64,000 nucleotides of DNA from Candidatus Latescibacterota bacterium (GTDB taxonomy: Bacteria > Latescibacterota > UBA2968 > GCA-2709665): the NCBI GenBank assembly GCA_965222075.1, contig OZ244937.1, positions 3,296,001 to 3,360,000 of the forward strand, written 5' to 3'. Each line of letters begins with the position of its first letter. The stretch's first letter is position 1. Position numbers and translations under genes: made by a program. Positions 1 through 9,624 of the stretch are shown here, piece after piece. The notes beneath the pieces were generated by a model. That model did no database searches. It was not told the origin of the DNA and was given only the letters and a program-made list of their open reading frames with translations.

Positions 1-77
1 GTCAGGAATCGAATGCGCATAGCGCAGGGCCAAATTTCAAAATTTTTTCAAACCCCCACCCAAAGGAGGAAACCGCC

Positions 78-950
78 ATGTCTCTCACCCACGACCCCGA
101 AAAAAACGTCTATCACTTTGAAACCGGAGACCTCAAAGGGTTCATCGACCCCGAAGGCCAGCGCCACGGCGTCAAGGAACTGGTCCATAAGCCCACCGGC
201 TTCCAGGTCGTACACCCAAAATTCGACCTCCTCAACCTCTTCCTTTTATTCTCCACCAACCACTACATGGGCACTGCCCGTGAAAAAGAACGAACCGTCA
301 AAGCCGAGCGCGACACCCTTGAAGTCCACTGGGCTCCGACGGACGACCACAAGGCCCAACTCACCGCCTCTTACCGAATCGTCGAACCGAACCTCATCGA
401 CTTAGACGTCACCGTCCGGTCAAACTGGCCTTATCCCGCCTACGAAGTCTTCCTCTCCAGCTACTTCGACCTCTCCATGCGCCCCTACGTCTACGTGCAG
501 GGAAGTCCTTTCGACGATCCTCCGGACCAGCCCCGGTGGATCGCCCCCACAGTCAACGACGTCTTCGTGGGCACCGGCCTGGTCTTTCCCCGGGACCAGC
601 ATGCCGCACGCTGCTCCGTGGACGGGCGGTGGGACAGGATCTGGTCCCTCTACCAGTGGAACCCGCAGCGCTATTACGAGCTCCCAATCATCATGCAGGC
701 CGACACCGAGCGCGGCATCGCCGCCGTCCTCATGTCCCGTCCCGGTGACTGCTACGCCGTCATCAGCGGCTACGAATCGGACAACATGAACGACCCCTTC
801 AAAGACCAGAACCCGCTCTACCTCTCCCTCTTCGGCGACGACCTCCGGTCCGGCGACGAACGCACCGTCCGCACCCGGTTTGCCGTCACCGAAATCGACG
901 AGGCCATGTCCCAGCCTCTGGCCCTCTACGACGCCTTCATCGCCGAGTAA
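78..950 (+). CDS. conserved hypothetical protein (290 aa)
   Basis: Long ORF with GC3-rich codons and a strong SD (AAAGGAGG) upstream; no recognised motif. Confidence 0.8.
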   Translation: MSLTHDPEKNVYHFETGDLKGFIDPEGQRHGVKELVHKPTGFQVVHPKFDLLNLFLLFSTNHYMGTAREKERTVKAERDTLEVHWAPTDDHKAQLTASYRIVEPNLIDLDVTVRSNWPYPAYEVFLSSYFDLSMRPYVYVQGSPFDDPPDQPRWIAPTVNDVFVGTGLVFPRDQHAARCSVDGRWDRIWSLYQWNPQRYYELPIIMQADTERGIAAVLMSRPGDCYAVISGYESDNMNDPFKDQNPLYLSLFGDDLRSGDERTVRTRFAVTEIDEAMSQPLALYDAFIAE

Positions 951-973
951 TGGCATGAAGGACCTACCCCCCC

Positions 974-2131
974 TCAGCCGTGCTTTCGGAACACCCGCAA
1001 AGACACCAGCGCGGCAATCGCGTAGAGTCCGCCCCCGATCACAAAGATCAGATGTGTGGGCAGATAAAGCTGCAGTGTCATCCACCCCAGCATCGGGCCT
1101 GCTGCAGACCCCATATCCGATGCCGTCACATAGGACGCCACCGCCCGCGACCCCCGCAAGCCCGCCTCGGAAACCATCACCACGGTTGCGCCCACACCGC
1201 ACACAAAGAAGAGCAGCACCAAGACTACCAGCGGCACGGTCCCCGGCATCCTGGACGCCGTCAGCATCGCCAGAGATCCCAGCCCGAAGAACAGCAGCGC
1301 ACCCCGCCGCCGCCCGATCCGGTCGCTCAACGCTCCCAGCACCGGCGCGAAAAGGCCGTCCGTCACCCACCGCGACGCCAGCAGCATCCCGTTCAGCGTC
1401 GCCACGCCGATCACCAGCCCCCCAACCGTCAGCGAATTCCCCAGGGACGCCTTTAACACCATCCCCAGCGTGGACATCATCAGCCCCGCGCCCACGCACC
1501 CCACAACAAAACCGCAGACCAGCAGCCCAGGATCCCGCCAGGCCGACGCCTCGAGTCCAGGCAATGCTCGCTCCACATGCGGGAGCCGCCACCGGGAGAA
1601 GATGCCCAGCGGCACCCCCATCAGCGACAGCCCTCCGAAAATCGTCAGCGTCAGCGTAAACCCGACCAGATCGTATCCCATCGCCCCCGCCAGGTTTCCT
1701 GCCACCGACCCCAGGTGGTGGATCCCGTTGTAAAATCCCATCATCCGCCCGATCGCGCCCTCGGGGGCGCTGTCCACCACGGTCATCAACCCGATCTGCC
1801 GGATAAACGACCAGCTCAACCCCCACAGTACCCGCGCCCCCAGCAGGATGGGAAACAGGGAAACCGTTCCGTAGACCACCGTCGTGGCCGCGCCCAGCGT
1901 TAGAGAAAGAACCAGCAGCAGTGTCAGACTGTACCGCCGGCAGAGCCGTTCGGCCAGGTGGTTCGTCAACAGCCGGATCCAGCGGTTCACCGAAAGGATC
2001 AGCCCCACCTGGTAGGGCATCAGCCCAAGCGCTGTATAACAGGTGGGCAGAACCGAGTAGAGCGTCTGATCCCCCAGCAGGGAAAACGCCGTCGCCAGCG
2101 CGACCAGGACAACAGGGCGGGAGGGGCGCAT
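974..2131 (-). CDS. MFS transporter
   Basis: About 12 hydrophobic segments and MFS motif A 'GALSDRIGRR'. Confidence 0.9.
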   Translation of the reverse strand: MRPSRPVVLVALATAFSLLGDQTLYSVLPTCYTALGLMPYQVGLILSVNRWIRLLTNHLAERLCRRYSLTLLLVLSLTLGAATTVVYGTVSLFPILLGARVLWGLSWSFIRQIGLMTVVDSAPEGAIGRMMGFYNGIHHLGSVAGNLAGAMGYDLVGFTLTLTIFGGLSLMGVPLGIFSRWRLPHVERALPGLEASAWRDPGLLVCGFVVGCVGAGLMMSTLGMVLKASLGNSLTVGGLVIGVATLNGMLLASRWVTDGLFAPVLGALSDRIGRRRGALLFFGLGSLAMLTASRMPGTVPLVVLVLLFFVCGVGATVVMVSEAGLRGSRAVASYVTASDMGSAAGPMLGWMTLQLYLPTHLIFVIGGGLYAIAALVSLRVFRKHG

Positions 2132-2146
2132 TGACCTCTTCCGAAC

Positions 2147-2392
2147 CTAATAAATCCGGTCTCGAAGCGCGTAATGCGCCATCACCAGCCCCTCCTGCGG
2201 TCCCAGACGGAAAACCGTCGGCTTCACCCCGAGCAGGTCGGCGTGCTGCGTCGCGTAGAGGTGGAGCAGGAGCCTCAGCAGCGCCTTCCGTCCGCCCCGG
2301 TCCTCCTCCAGACCGGTAAACGTCTCGTGAACCTTCTGCAGATAGGGGTGCTTCAGGTCCGCATTGGCCCTCGCAGCCATCCCCCTGGTCAT
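2147..2392 (-). CDS. small hypothetical protein or C-terminal gene fragment
   Basis: Genome-like codon usage and a stop just before the MFS RBS. The start is uncertain and overlaps the opposite-strand ORF. Confidence 0.35.
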   Translation of the reverse strand: MTRGMAARANADLKHPYLQKVHETFTGLEEDRGGRKALLRLLLHLYATQHADLLGVKPTVFRLGPQEGLVMAHYALRDRIY

Positions 2393-2774
2393 CACGCTTG
2401 TCCTCTTTTCCCTCTTCCATCCGATCCTGGCCGATCCGCCCACGCTGGAAGAGACATATCAGAAATGGATAAAAACCAGGGTCGACTCCCTGATCGTGAG
2501 GGGCAGATTAAGACTGACGCCTTATGCCCCTATGAAATACAACATGCCTATCGCAAAACCTGATCCCAACATCGTCTACAACATGCCCATTGCAAAACCT
2601 GATCCCAACATCGTCTACAACATGCCTGGCGCCCGGACGCCACGGAAAATTCCGCGCCTCCACCTGCCGAAACAATTCTCCCTGCTGAATATCCTCAAAT
2701 TGGGGGCCATCTACATTCCTTTCCAAAAACAGGTAATAGACTTGACCTCCTTCTCTCTTCCCCCTCGTCTCTAA
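2364..2774 (+). CDS. small putatively secreted protein with tandem YNMPIAKPDPNIV repeats
   Basis: Hydrophobic N-terminus and an in-frame 39-bp repeat whose differences are synonymous; TTG start uncertain. Confidence 0.45.
   Translation: MALAAIPLVITLVLFSLFHPILADPPTLEETYQKWIKTRVDSLIVRGRLRLTPYAPMKYNMPIAKPDPNIVYNMPIAKPDPNIVYNMPGARTPRKIPRLHLPKQFSLLNILKLGAIYIPFQKQVIDLTSFSLPPRL
2538..2627 (+). repeat. 39-bp tandem repeat, about 2.3 copies
   Basis: TACAACATGCC(T/C)AT(C/T)GCAAAACCTGATCCCAACATCGTC twice, plus TACAACATGCCT. Confidence 0.95.
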
Positions 2775-2791
2775 ACTTTCAAACTTTCTTC

Positions 2792-4192
2792 TCACCGCAC
2801 ATCATACCTCAAAATCGCCACATACGCCCCGGCGAATCCCAAAACTGCCAGCAGCGCCAGGTTCAAAATGTGAAACACATTCCGGTGCAGGCATTCTTCC
2901 AGCGTCTCATGCGACTGGTACACGAACGAAACGAAATCGGTAAATACGCGGTCGTCCCAATGCTGGGCCCTTCGCTCCTGAATGTACCGGGCCATGTAGG
3001 TCAAATACACGCTCAATGCCGCTTCAACCTCCTCCTGCTGAAAGGGTCCGGTGCGGGCCAGGTCCATCGACGTGAAACTGACCGCGCCCAGTGGAGAAAC
3101 AGAAGACAGGAGCATCGCCAGACGCTGCTCTCGCTGCGCCCGGTTTCGCCATTCCTGCTGCAGGTCGTGCAACCGGGCGTAGAACGTTTTGTCCCACTCC
3201 ACATGGACCGCCGCCTCCCCCGCCAGCAGCGTTGTCTGCTGCGCCTTCGGCAGCCCATCCCAATCCTCCACACCCTGCTTCTCCCAGTAGGCGTCCACCT
3301 CCGCCCCCCGTGCCTTTCGGATCTCTTCACGCAGCTCGCTGACCTGCCGGTCGGTATCGTAAACGCTCCCGACCGACGCGAAATGCTGCGCCGCATCCAC
3401 CGCCAGGTTCGGCAACACATAAAGCCAGACCGTCCACAGCCCCAGCAGCCCTAAGAAAGCAGTCATCCGTCGGTGCGTCAGCGCCGACACAAAAAGCCCG
3501 AATGCCGCAAACACCGTCAGATACAGGGAAAACACCCCCATCAGAACGGCGACCCGCTTCCAGTCGTCCCCTCCCAGACCCGGTTCCGGCGACAGCGCCA
3601 GAACCAGACACACCAGCAAAAACGCAACGGCAAACGGCGCCAGCACCGCCACCGTCGAGCCGACCAGTTTGGCCAACGCCAGCATCGAGCGAGACACCGG
3701 AAAGGAAGCGTAGAGCCTCAACGTACCCGCCTCCTTCTCGCCGCAAACCGCATCGTAGGTGAAAAGCAGCATACTCAGGCTCAAAACAACCTTCACCACA
3801 AACGCCAGATCCAGCACACCGAACAGCGCGTGGACCGGATCGGTTGCGAAACTGCTGGCCTCAAACCGGAGGTACCGTCGGTACTGGATCAGCACCTCCT
3901 GCCCCAGCGCGCCCGACAGCCCGTACACCAGCGGGCTCAACGCCTCCGGCCGCCGGTTCCAGCGATAGCCGTACCATTCCAGATCGGACGACCTGCCCTT
4001 CTCCCGCATATTCTCCACTGCCTCCCGGTTCTTTCCGGCAACCGCCTGATACTGCTCACGCTGCAAAAGATAATTCTGAATGCCCACATACGTGCCCAGG
4101 CCCGAAAGCAGGATGCAGAAAGCGAACACCACAACGAACCGCAAATCAAGCAGATGGTGTAAAAGCTCTTTTTGAACCAGCCTGCCGAACAT
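2792..4192 (-). CDS. ABC-2-type transporter permease, subtype A (pair 1)
   Basis: N-term MFGRLVQKEL..DLRF, motif YDAVCGEKEAGTLRL, C-term LRYDVR, TM helices with two large soluble loops. Confidence 0.9.
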   Translation of the reverse strand: MFGRLVQKELLHHLLDLRFVVVFAFCILLSGLGTYVGIQNYLLQREQYQAVAGKNREAVENMREKGRSSDLEWYGYRWNRRPEALSPLVYGLSGALGQEVLIQYRRYLRFEASSFATDPVHALFGVLDLAFVVKVVLSLSMLLFTYDAVCGEKEAGTLRLYASFPVSRSMLALAKLVGSTVAVLAPFAVAFLLVCLVLALSPEPGLGGDDWKRVAVLMGVFSLYLTVFAAFGLFVSALTHRRMTAFLGLLGLWTVWLYVLPNLAVDAAQHFASVGSVYDTDRQVSELREEIRKARGAEVDAYWEKQGVEDWDGLPKAQQTTLLAGEAAVHVEWDKTFYARLHDLQQEWRNRAQREQRLAMLLSSVSPLGAVSFTSMDLARTGPFQQEEVEAALSVYLTYMARYIQERRAQHWDDRVFTDFVSFVYQSHETLEECLHRNVFHILNLALLAVLGFAGAYVAILRYDVR

Positions 4193-4229
4193 AAAGAACT
4201 CCTCAGTCACAAGCCATGACGTGTGACGC

Positions 4230-5663
4230 TCATCTCACATCGTACCTCAGCATCTTCACATACGCCCCGACAAAAAAGAGCACCCCCCAGATCGCCAAAA
4301 TCCCCACATCCACCATCGCTGCCTGGACCTCGCCTTCCGGCCATCTCTCCCGGTAAGTAAAACGAGGCATATCCGAAAGATCCCACGTGTACTCCCCGTA
4401 CTTATCCGGATTGATCCGCTTCAAATGGGAACCGTCTACGGCATCCACATACCAGGTACGGTGCTGCGCGTAGTACTGATCGTAAACCGAGAGAAACCGC
4501 GCCTGGCGATCCATGCCCGTTCCGGCCAGGCGAACCGTTGCGCTGTTAAACGCAAACGCCGGCGAGAATCGCGCCAGCGCCACGGCCAGGTTCAGCCGCG
4601 CCTGATATCGGTTGCGAAAAGCCTCCTCCAGGCGTTCGTACGCCACCTGCGTGATCTCAAACAGCGCCTCTTGCCGGGTCTTTCTGTAGTGTAACCGCTG
4701 CAGCTCCTGGCCTTCCCGGCTTTGCCACCACTCCTCTCCCTTTGACTTCAAATAGGCATCTGACCACGCACGCCTCGCCTCGCGCCAGCGCTGCACATTC
4801 GCCTTTGTAATCGCCTCCTTATCCGCCTCCAACTCGTGAATCGAAGACGCGGGTCGAACGCTGTCTGCGACAATCAGGCTCAACCTCGGCAGAACCACCA
4901 CCGTAGTCACCCAGAACCCCAGCAGAATCACAAACGATGTGGACGCGCGCTGGGTCATACACGAAGCCAGCAACCCGGCGCAAACGAACACCGTCAAATA
5001 GACCCCAAAAGCCGCCATCACAAGCCCCAGCCGCTGCAACTCCGAGCCCGTAAACCGAACATCCGGCATCATCAGAATGACGGCAATCCCCAGCAGCAGA
5101 GGCAGGCCGAATGCCGACAGCGTTGGAAGCAACGCGCCGAAAACCTTGCCCAGCAGCAAGCGGTGCCTGGGCACGGAAAAAGAAGTATTCAGCCGCAACG
5201 TACCCGCTTCCTTCTCTCCGCAGACCGCGTCGTACGTAAACAGGAGCACGAACAGGCTCAACACCGCCTGAATCACCAGCCCCAGATCCAGGGGCGGAAA
5301 AACCGCAAGCAAAGGCTTCACCTCCATCCAGCTCCGAACCGACCGCCGATTGAACGTATTGGGAATCGACCGACCCAGAACCGGATCCAGCCCCCGGATA
5401 AAAATACCCATGACCGCCGGCGGCTTGTGCTCCAGATATCCCTGAGCCACAAACTCCGAGTAGTTCTCGGCCGCATCAATCTCCCGGATGCGATTCGCGG
5501 TTGCCGCCTGCGCCAGCCGATAGTCCTTCAGGCTATTCTGGTAGTAAAGGTACCCGCTATAGAGGCTCAACCAGATCACCAACGTGCCGATGGCCGACAG
5601 AATAAGAAATCGGAGGCTGGAAATATGATCCAGAAGCTCCTTGCGGATCAGGTGGGCGAGCAT
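4230..5663 (-). CDS. ABC-2-type transporter permease, subtype B (pair 1)
   Basis: MLAHLIRKELLDHISSLRF; YDAVCGEKEAGTLRL; ends LRYDVR. Confidence 0.9.
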   Translation of the reverse strand: MLAHLIRKELLDHISSLRFLILSAIGTLVIWLSLYSGYLYYQNSLKDYRLAQAATANRIREIDAAENYSEFVAQGYLEHKPPAVMGIFIRGLDPVLGRSIPNTFNRRSVRSWMEVKPLLAVFPPLDLGLVIQAVLSLFVLLFTYDAVCGEKEAGTLRLNTSFSVPRHRLLLGKVFGALLPTLSAFGLPLLLGIAVILMMPDVRFTGSELQRLGLVMAAFGVYLTVFVCAGLLASCMTQRASTSFVILLGFWVTTVVVLPRLSLIVADSVRPASSIHELEADKEAITKANVQRWREARRAWSDAYLKSKGEEWWQSREGQELQRLHYRKTRQEALFEITQVAYERLEEAFRNRYQARLNLAVALARFSPAFAFNSATVRLAGTGMDRQARFLSVYDQYYAQHRTWYVDAVDGSHLKRINPDKYGEYTWDLSDMPRFTYRERWPEGEVQAAMVDVGILAIWGVLFFVGAYVKMLRYDVR

Positions 5664-5766
5664 GACAGCCCTCAATGGGGTAGGTGCGTAGGGTGAAAAG
5701 AAAACGGGCCTTCCCGATAGATTCAGGCCATCCCGGTGGGTTCGATTCCGTAGGCGTAAAGTGGAA

Positions 5767-6513
5767 TCAACTCGCGGCAGGCGCCTCTTCCTCCTGCTCG
5801 CCTCCCTCCGCGCCGTACATATAGTCGATATACAGCTTCTCCAGGTCCTCGTCCTCTAACTCCTGACGGGTCCGCTCCATAATCAACCGCCCCGACTTCA
5901 TAATCCCCACCCGGTCCGCCAGCGTGCGCGCACGGAAAATATCGTGCGTGGACATAAACACCGCCTTCCCCTCTTCCTGAAGATCCTCCAACAGCCGGAG
6001 AAACTCCGCACCCGCCTGAGGGTCCAGCCCAGACGTCGGCTCGTCCAAAATCACCGCAGGCGCATCCCGGATAATCACAATCGCTATCCCCACCTTCTGG
6101 CGCATCCCCTTGGAATACTCCTTCACCCGCTGCTCAAACGAATTTTCCGGCAAACCCACCCGGCGCAGAATCTGGTAATACCCCTCCCTATCCGTCTGTT
6201 TTCCCGCCAACCCGGCGAAGAAATCCAGGTTCTGACGGCCGGTGAAGTTGCCATAGAGCATCACATTCTCCGACAGGTAGGCCACATACTTCTTGGCCTC
6301 TAAGGGGTCCCGCGTCACATCCACATCGTTGATCCTGGCCGTGCCTTCGGTCGGCTCGATAAAATTCAGCATCAGGTTAATCGCGGTGGACTTGCCTGCC
6401 CCGTTGGCCCCCAGCAGGCAGAAGATCTCCCCCGGTTCCACCTTCAAATTGAGGTGGTCCAGCGCCAGCACCCCGTCCTCATACCGCTTCGTCAGGTCAA
6501 TCGACTCGATCAT
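5767..6513 (-). CDS. ABC transporter ATP-binding protein
   Basis: Walker A GANGAGKS, signature YSKGMRQK, Walker B ILDEP, H-loop STHD. Confidence 0.97.
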   Translation of the reverse strand: MIESIDLTKRYEDGVLALDHLNLKVEPGEIFCLLGANGAGKSTAINLMLNFIEPTEGTARINDVDVTRDPLEAKKYVAYLSENVMLYGNFTGRQNLDFFAGLAGKQTDREGYYQILRRVGLPENSFEQRVKEYSKGMRQKVGIAIVIIRDAPAVILDEPTSGLDPQAGAEFLRLLEDLQEEGKAVFMSTHDIFRARTLADRVGIMKSGRLIMERTRQELEDEDLEKLYIDYMYGAEGGEQEEEAPAAS

Positions 6514-6540
6514 CGCCTCCTCCTTTATGGAAGGGTTGGG

Positions 6541-6584
6541 ACCCCTCCCCCATCCCTCTCAGGGAAGGGGGCCGGGGGGTTAGG
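6541..6584. repeat. BoxC/TM-like purine-rich hairpin (possible intrastrand triplex motif)
   Basis: CCCCTCCCCCATCCCTCTCAGGGAAGGGGGCCGGGGGGTTAGG; related remnants near 20370-20397 and 40113-40133. Confidence 0.5.
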
Positions 6585-8114
6585 TCACCTTCTCGTCAAC
6601 TTCACCCCATACCACACAATCCCAATCACCATCCCGATCACACTCAATACCAGAATTCCGCTCAACAGCAAGTTCGTCCTGGCGCTCACGTGAATCCGCA
6701 CCGTCTTGTCCTGCGTCTCCACTGGCCGGTTGTCCGCAAGCGCCTGCGTCTGGATCTGTACCTCGTAGTCTCCAACCCCCACACCTTCTGGCGTCAGAAA
6801 CTGAAGCTGCACCTTCTCCTCCTTCGCCGGCATCAGTGACCCGATCACATCCGGCTCGATCACCGACTGCCAGTTGGGCGGCACGTTCGTGCGAATCCGA
6901 ATATTGTCCAGCCTGCGCGTCCCATCGTTGAGCACCGTGATCTCCATCTCTACGTGCTCATCCGCCTTGATCTCATGGTACAGGTTCAACGCGCGCACCT
7001 CGATGCGGCCCACACCCCTTGGAATCAACTCCAGTTTCACCTTCCCTGCATTGAGCCCATCGATCTCCTCCTGGGAAAACCGCTTCTCCTCCAGAGGCTG
7101 AAGCTCCCGCCACACCTGTTGGGGCAGCACCAGCGCGTAAAACTCGATCGTCTTGTCGATCGCCACCTGCTCGTCGGAGCGCTCCGGCAGGTAAGCCGTC
7201 AGCGACAGCTGCTTGCTGGTCACCCCCTGCGTGAAATTGACCTGCGACAGCCGCTGCGTCTGCACCGAGGTCGGGTCCACGTCCACAAAACTGTAGGAAA
7301 TCTGCCGGGGCAGATTCACCACCGCCAATCGAAACACATCGTTATCGTTGGAAAATCGCTCCAGCTCCAGCGTATACGTCGCACTCTCCCCCAGGTTCGC
7401 CTCCTGGGAGAAATTCAACGAATTGACGATCACCTGGTTCGCGCTCGCATCCTTCTGCAAATAGATATGCTTCTGATCCACCGCCCCGGCATAGGTCATA
7501 CTCACCACCACCTCTTCCACATCCTTCAACAGCAGAAAATCCACCTCTGCCGTCTCCCCGAACCGGATCGTCGCGATCTTGTCCTCATACGGCTGGCTGA
7601 TGATGGGGCCCATACCCCCGCCTGTTGCCGGACTCTCGTGCAGGGAGATGAACACATTGTTGATCTTGTCCGGCTGCAGCGAGGGGTCGAACACGCTCTC
7701 ATCCGACTCGACCAGCTTCTCGTAGTCGGCCACCCCTCCCGTCGTATTCCTCAGCGTCAGCCGCACCCGCTTCCTGCCGTCCTCCGCCTGGTATTTCACC
7801 GCCTTCTCGATCACGATGTGAGGCTGGTCAAAGATCACCCTCAGCATCGCCTGCTGGTAGCTGATCTCCTCGTTGATATACCTCGCCTTCTTCCGCTCGA
7901 ACTCCTGGTTGGAAATCAGCTTGCGTTTCATCAGCTCCAGGGCAGCGGTGTATTCCGTCCTGGCCGCATCGTATTTGGCTTTCTGCTTCTTCAGTGCCAG
8001 GATCAGGTAAGACTCGTCGTTGCGCTCCGTAAAATACTGCCCATAACAGGGCGCTGCCCAACCGGCAGCCATCACCCAGAGAACCCAGACAAACCGCATC
8101 TTTCTCCCAAACAT
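6585..8114 (-). CDS. membrane-anchored NEW3/Ig-like domain protein
   Basis: Signal peptide, short coiled-coil, beta-rich domains including NEW3-like 'ITVLNDGTRRLDNI..PPNW..GDYEV', and a C-terminal TM with a KLTRR tail; lies between the ATPase and the permeases. Confidence 0.8.
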   Translation of the reverse strand: MFGRKMRFVWVLWVMAAGWAAPCYGQYFTERNDESYLILALKKQKAKYDAARTEYTAALELMKRKLISNQEFERKKARYINEEISYQQAMLRVIFDQPHIVIEKAVKYQAEDGRKRVRLTLRNTTGGVADYEKLVESDESVFDPSLQPDKINNVFISLHESPATGGGMGPIISQPYEDKIATIRFGETAEVDFLLLKDVEEVVVSMTYAGAVDQKHIYLQKDASANQVIVNSLNFSQEANLGESATYTLELERFSNDNDVFRLAVVNLPRQISYSFVDVDPTSVQTQRLSQVNFTQGVTSKQLSLTAYLPERSDEQVAIDKTIEFYALVLPQQVWRELQPLEEKRFSQEEIDGLNAGKVKLELIPRGVGRIEVRALNLYHEIKADEHVEMEITVLNDGTRRLDNIRIRTNVPPNWQSVIEPDVIGSLMPAKEEKVQLQFLTPEGVGVGDYEVQIQTQALADNRPVETQDKTVRIHVSARTNLLLSGILVLSVIGMVIGIVWYGVKLTRR

Positions 8115-8150
8115 TTCCTTTGCTCTCCCATTCCGCATTCCGCAATCTCC

Positions 8151-9554
8151 TTACCTCACATCATACCTCAAAATCGCCACATACGCCCCCGCAAATCCCA
8201 CCAGCATCAGCAGTACCAGATTCAGAATGTGGAATGCGTTCCGAACCAGACACTCACCCAGCGTCTCCTTATTCTGATAGGTAAACCGGGAATAATCCGT
8301 CAGATCGCGTTCTTTACGCCAGGGAACCGCTCGCTTATTCCGAATATACTGCCCCATATAAATCAGGTGATGCCCCAGCGCATCTTCGATCCATTCTTTC
8401 TGAACATACCCGGTGCGAGCCAGGTCCATTGAGACAAAAGTAACCGCGCCGAAGGGAGAGACCGCCGACATGAACATTGCCAGACGCTGCTGCTGCCGCA
8501 TCAGGTTTCGTGGCTTCTCCCGCAGTCGGATCAGACGCGGATAAAACTCCGCATCCCACCTGTTGTGGATCCTCTTCACCCCCTCCCTGAACGCAATCTT
8601 CCGTGCATCCGGGAGGGCATCCCAGTCCTCTATCCGGGCCTTTTCCCAATACGCACCCACCGCCTCATCTCGTTTCTCGTCGATCTCCCAGAGCAGTTTG
8701 TCCACCCCTTTCAACAGGTTCACGCCACTCCCCGCCGGCCTCAAGTACCGGGCTGTGTTCACCGCTAAGTCCGGAACGATAAAAATCCAGACCGCCCAGA
8801 GCCCCAAAAGCCCTAAAAAGGCCGTCATACGGCGGTGGGCCAGCGCAGACACCAGAAGCCCGAAGGCAACGAACACCCCAAGGTAGAGCGCAAACACCAC
8901 CATCAGAGCCCCCATCCGCGCCCAGTCCTCATTCTGCATATCGATCTCCGGAACCAGGGCCATCACCACCGCCGCCAGCAGCAACCCAAAGAGAAAAGGC
9001 ACCAGTACGGCTACATTGGCCCCGACCAGCTTGGCCAGGGCCAGCGTCGATCTGGCAACCGGGAACGATGAAAAGAGCCTCAGCGTACCTCCTTCCTTTT
9101 CCCCGCATATGGCGTCGTAGGTAAACAGCAAAACACAAATACTCAACACAATCTTAACAACAAACGCCAGGTCCAGCACCCCGAAGATCGTGTAGATCGG
9201 ATCCTCTTCAAACAGGCTGGCCTCAAACTTCGGGAGCGTCTGGTATTGAATGAGCACTTCCCTCCCCAGCTTTCCCGACAGCCCGTACACCACCGGGCTG
9301 AGCACCTCCGGCCTGCGGTTCCACCGCTCGCCGACTACCTGGAGGTAGCTGAGGCTCTTATTGTCGATATAGGCCTGAAGCGTCTGTCGATGACCCTCCA
9401 TCGTCTCGCTGTACTCGCTGAGCTGCAAGACATAGTGTTGCCCTCCAATGTACACACTCAAGGCCGAAAGCAAAGCACAAAGTGCAAACACGATGGTAAA
9501 CCGCAAATCCAGCAGATAATTCGTCAGTTCCTTCCGAACGAGTCGGCTGAACAT
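8151..9554 (-). CDS. ABC-2-type permease, subtype A (pair 2)
   Basis: MFSRLVRKEL..DLRF; WNRRPE; YDAICGEKEGGTLRL; LRYDVR. Confidence 0.9.
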   Translation of the reverse strand: MFSRLVRKELTNYLLDLRFTIVFALCALLSALSVYIGGQHYVLQLSEYSETMEGHRQTLQAYIDNKSLSYLQVVGERWNRRPEVLSPVVYGLSGKLGREVLIQYQTLPKFEASLFEEDPIYTIFGVLDLAFVVKIVLSICVLLFTYDAICGEKEGGTLRLFSSFPVARSTLALAKLVGANVAVLVPFLFGLLLAAVVMALVPEIDMQNEDWARMGALMVVFALYLGVFVAFGLLVSALAHRRMTAFLGLLGLWAVWIFIVPDLAVNTARYLRPAGSGVNLLKGVDKLLWEIDEKRDEAVGAYWEKARIEDWDALPDARKIAFREGVKRIHNRWDAEFYPRLIRLREKPRNLMRQQQRLAMFMSAVSPFGAVTFVSMDLARTGYVQKEWIEDALGHHLIYMGQYIRNKRAVPWRKERDLTDYSRFTYQNKETLGECLVRNAFHILNLVLLMLVGFAGAYVAILRYDVR

Positions 9555-9624
9555 CGTTTGCTCCGCAAACCGTTGCGGGTTATGGGTCACGGGTCACCTG
9601 CTTTTGACCCGCGACTCCCCACCC

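Noticed and set aside
420-2420. Long alternative ORFs (e.g. 420-2420 -, 6954-8432 +, 32289-33389 -, 57877-59469 +)
   Set aside because: Shadow frames of well-supported genes in GC-rich DNA, with no motifs.
2538-2627. Possible CRISPR array
   Set aside because: Contiguous in-frame coding repeats with no spacers, and no cas genes in the window.
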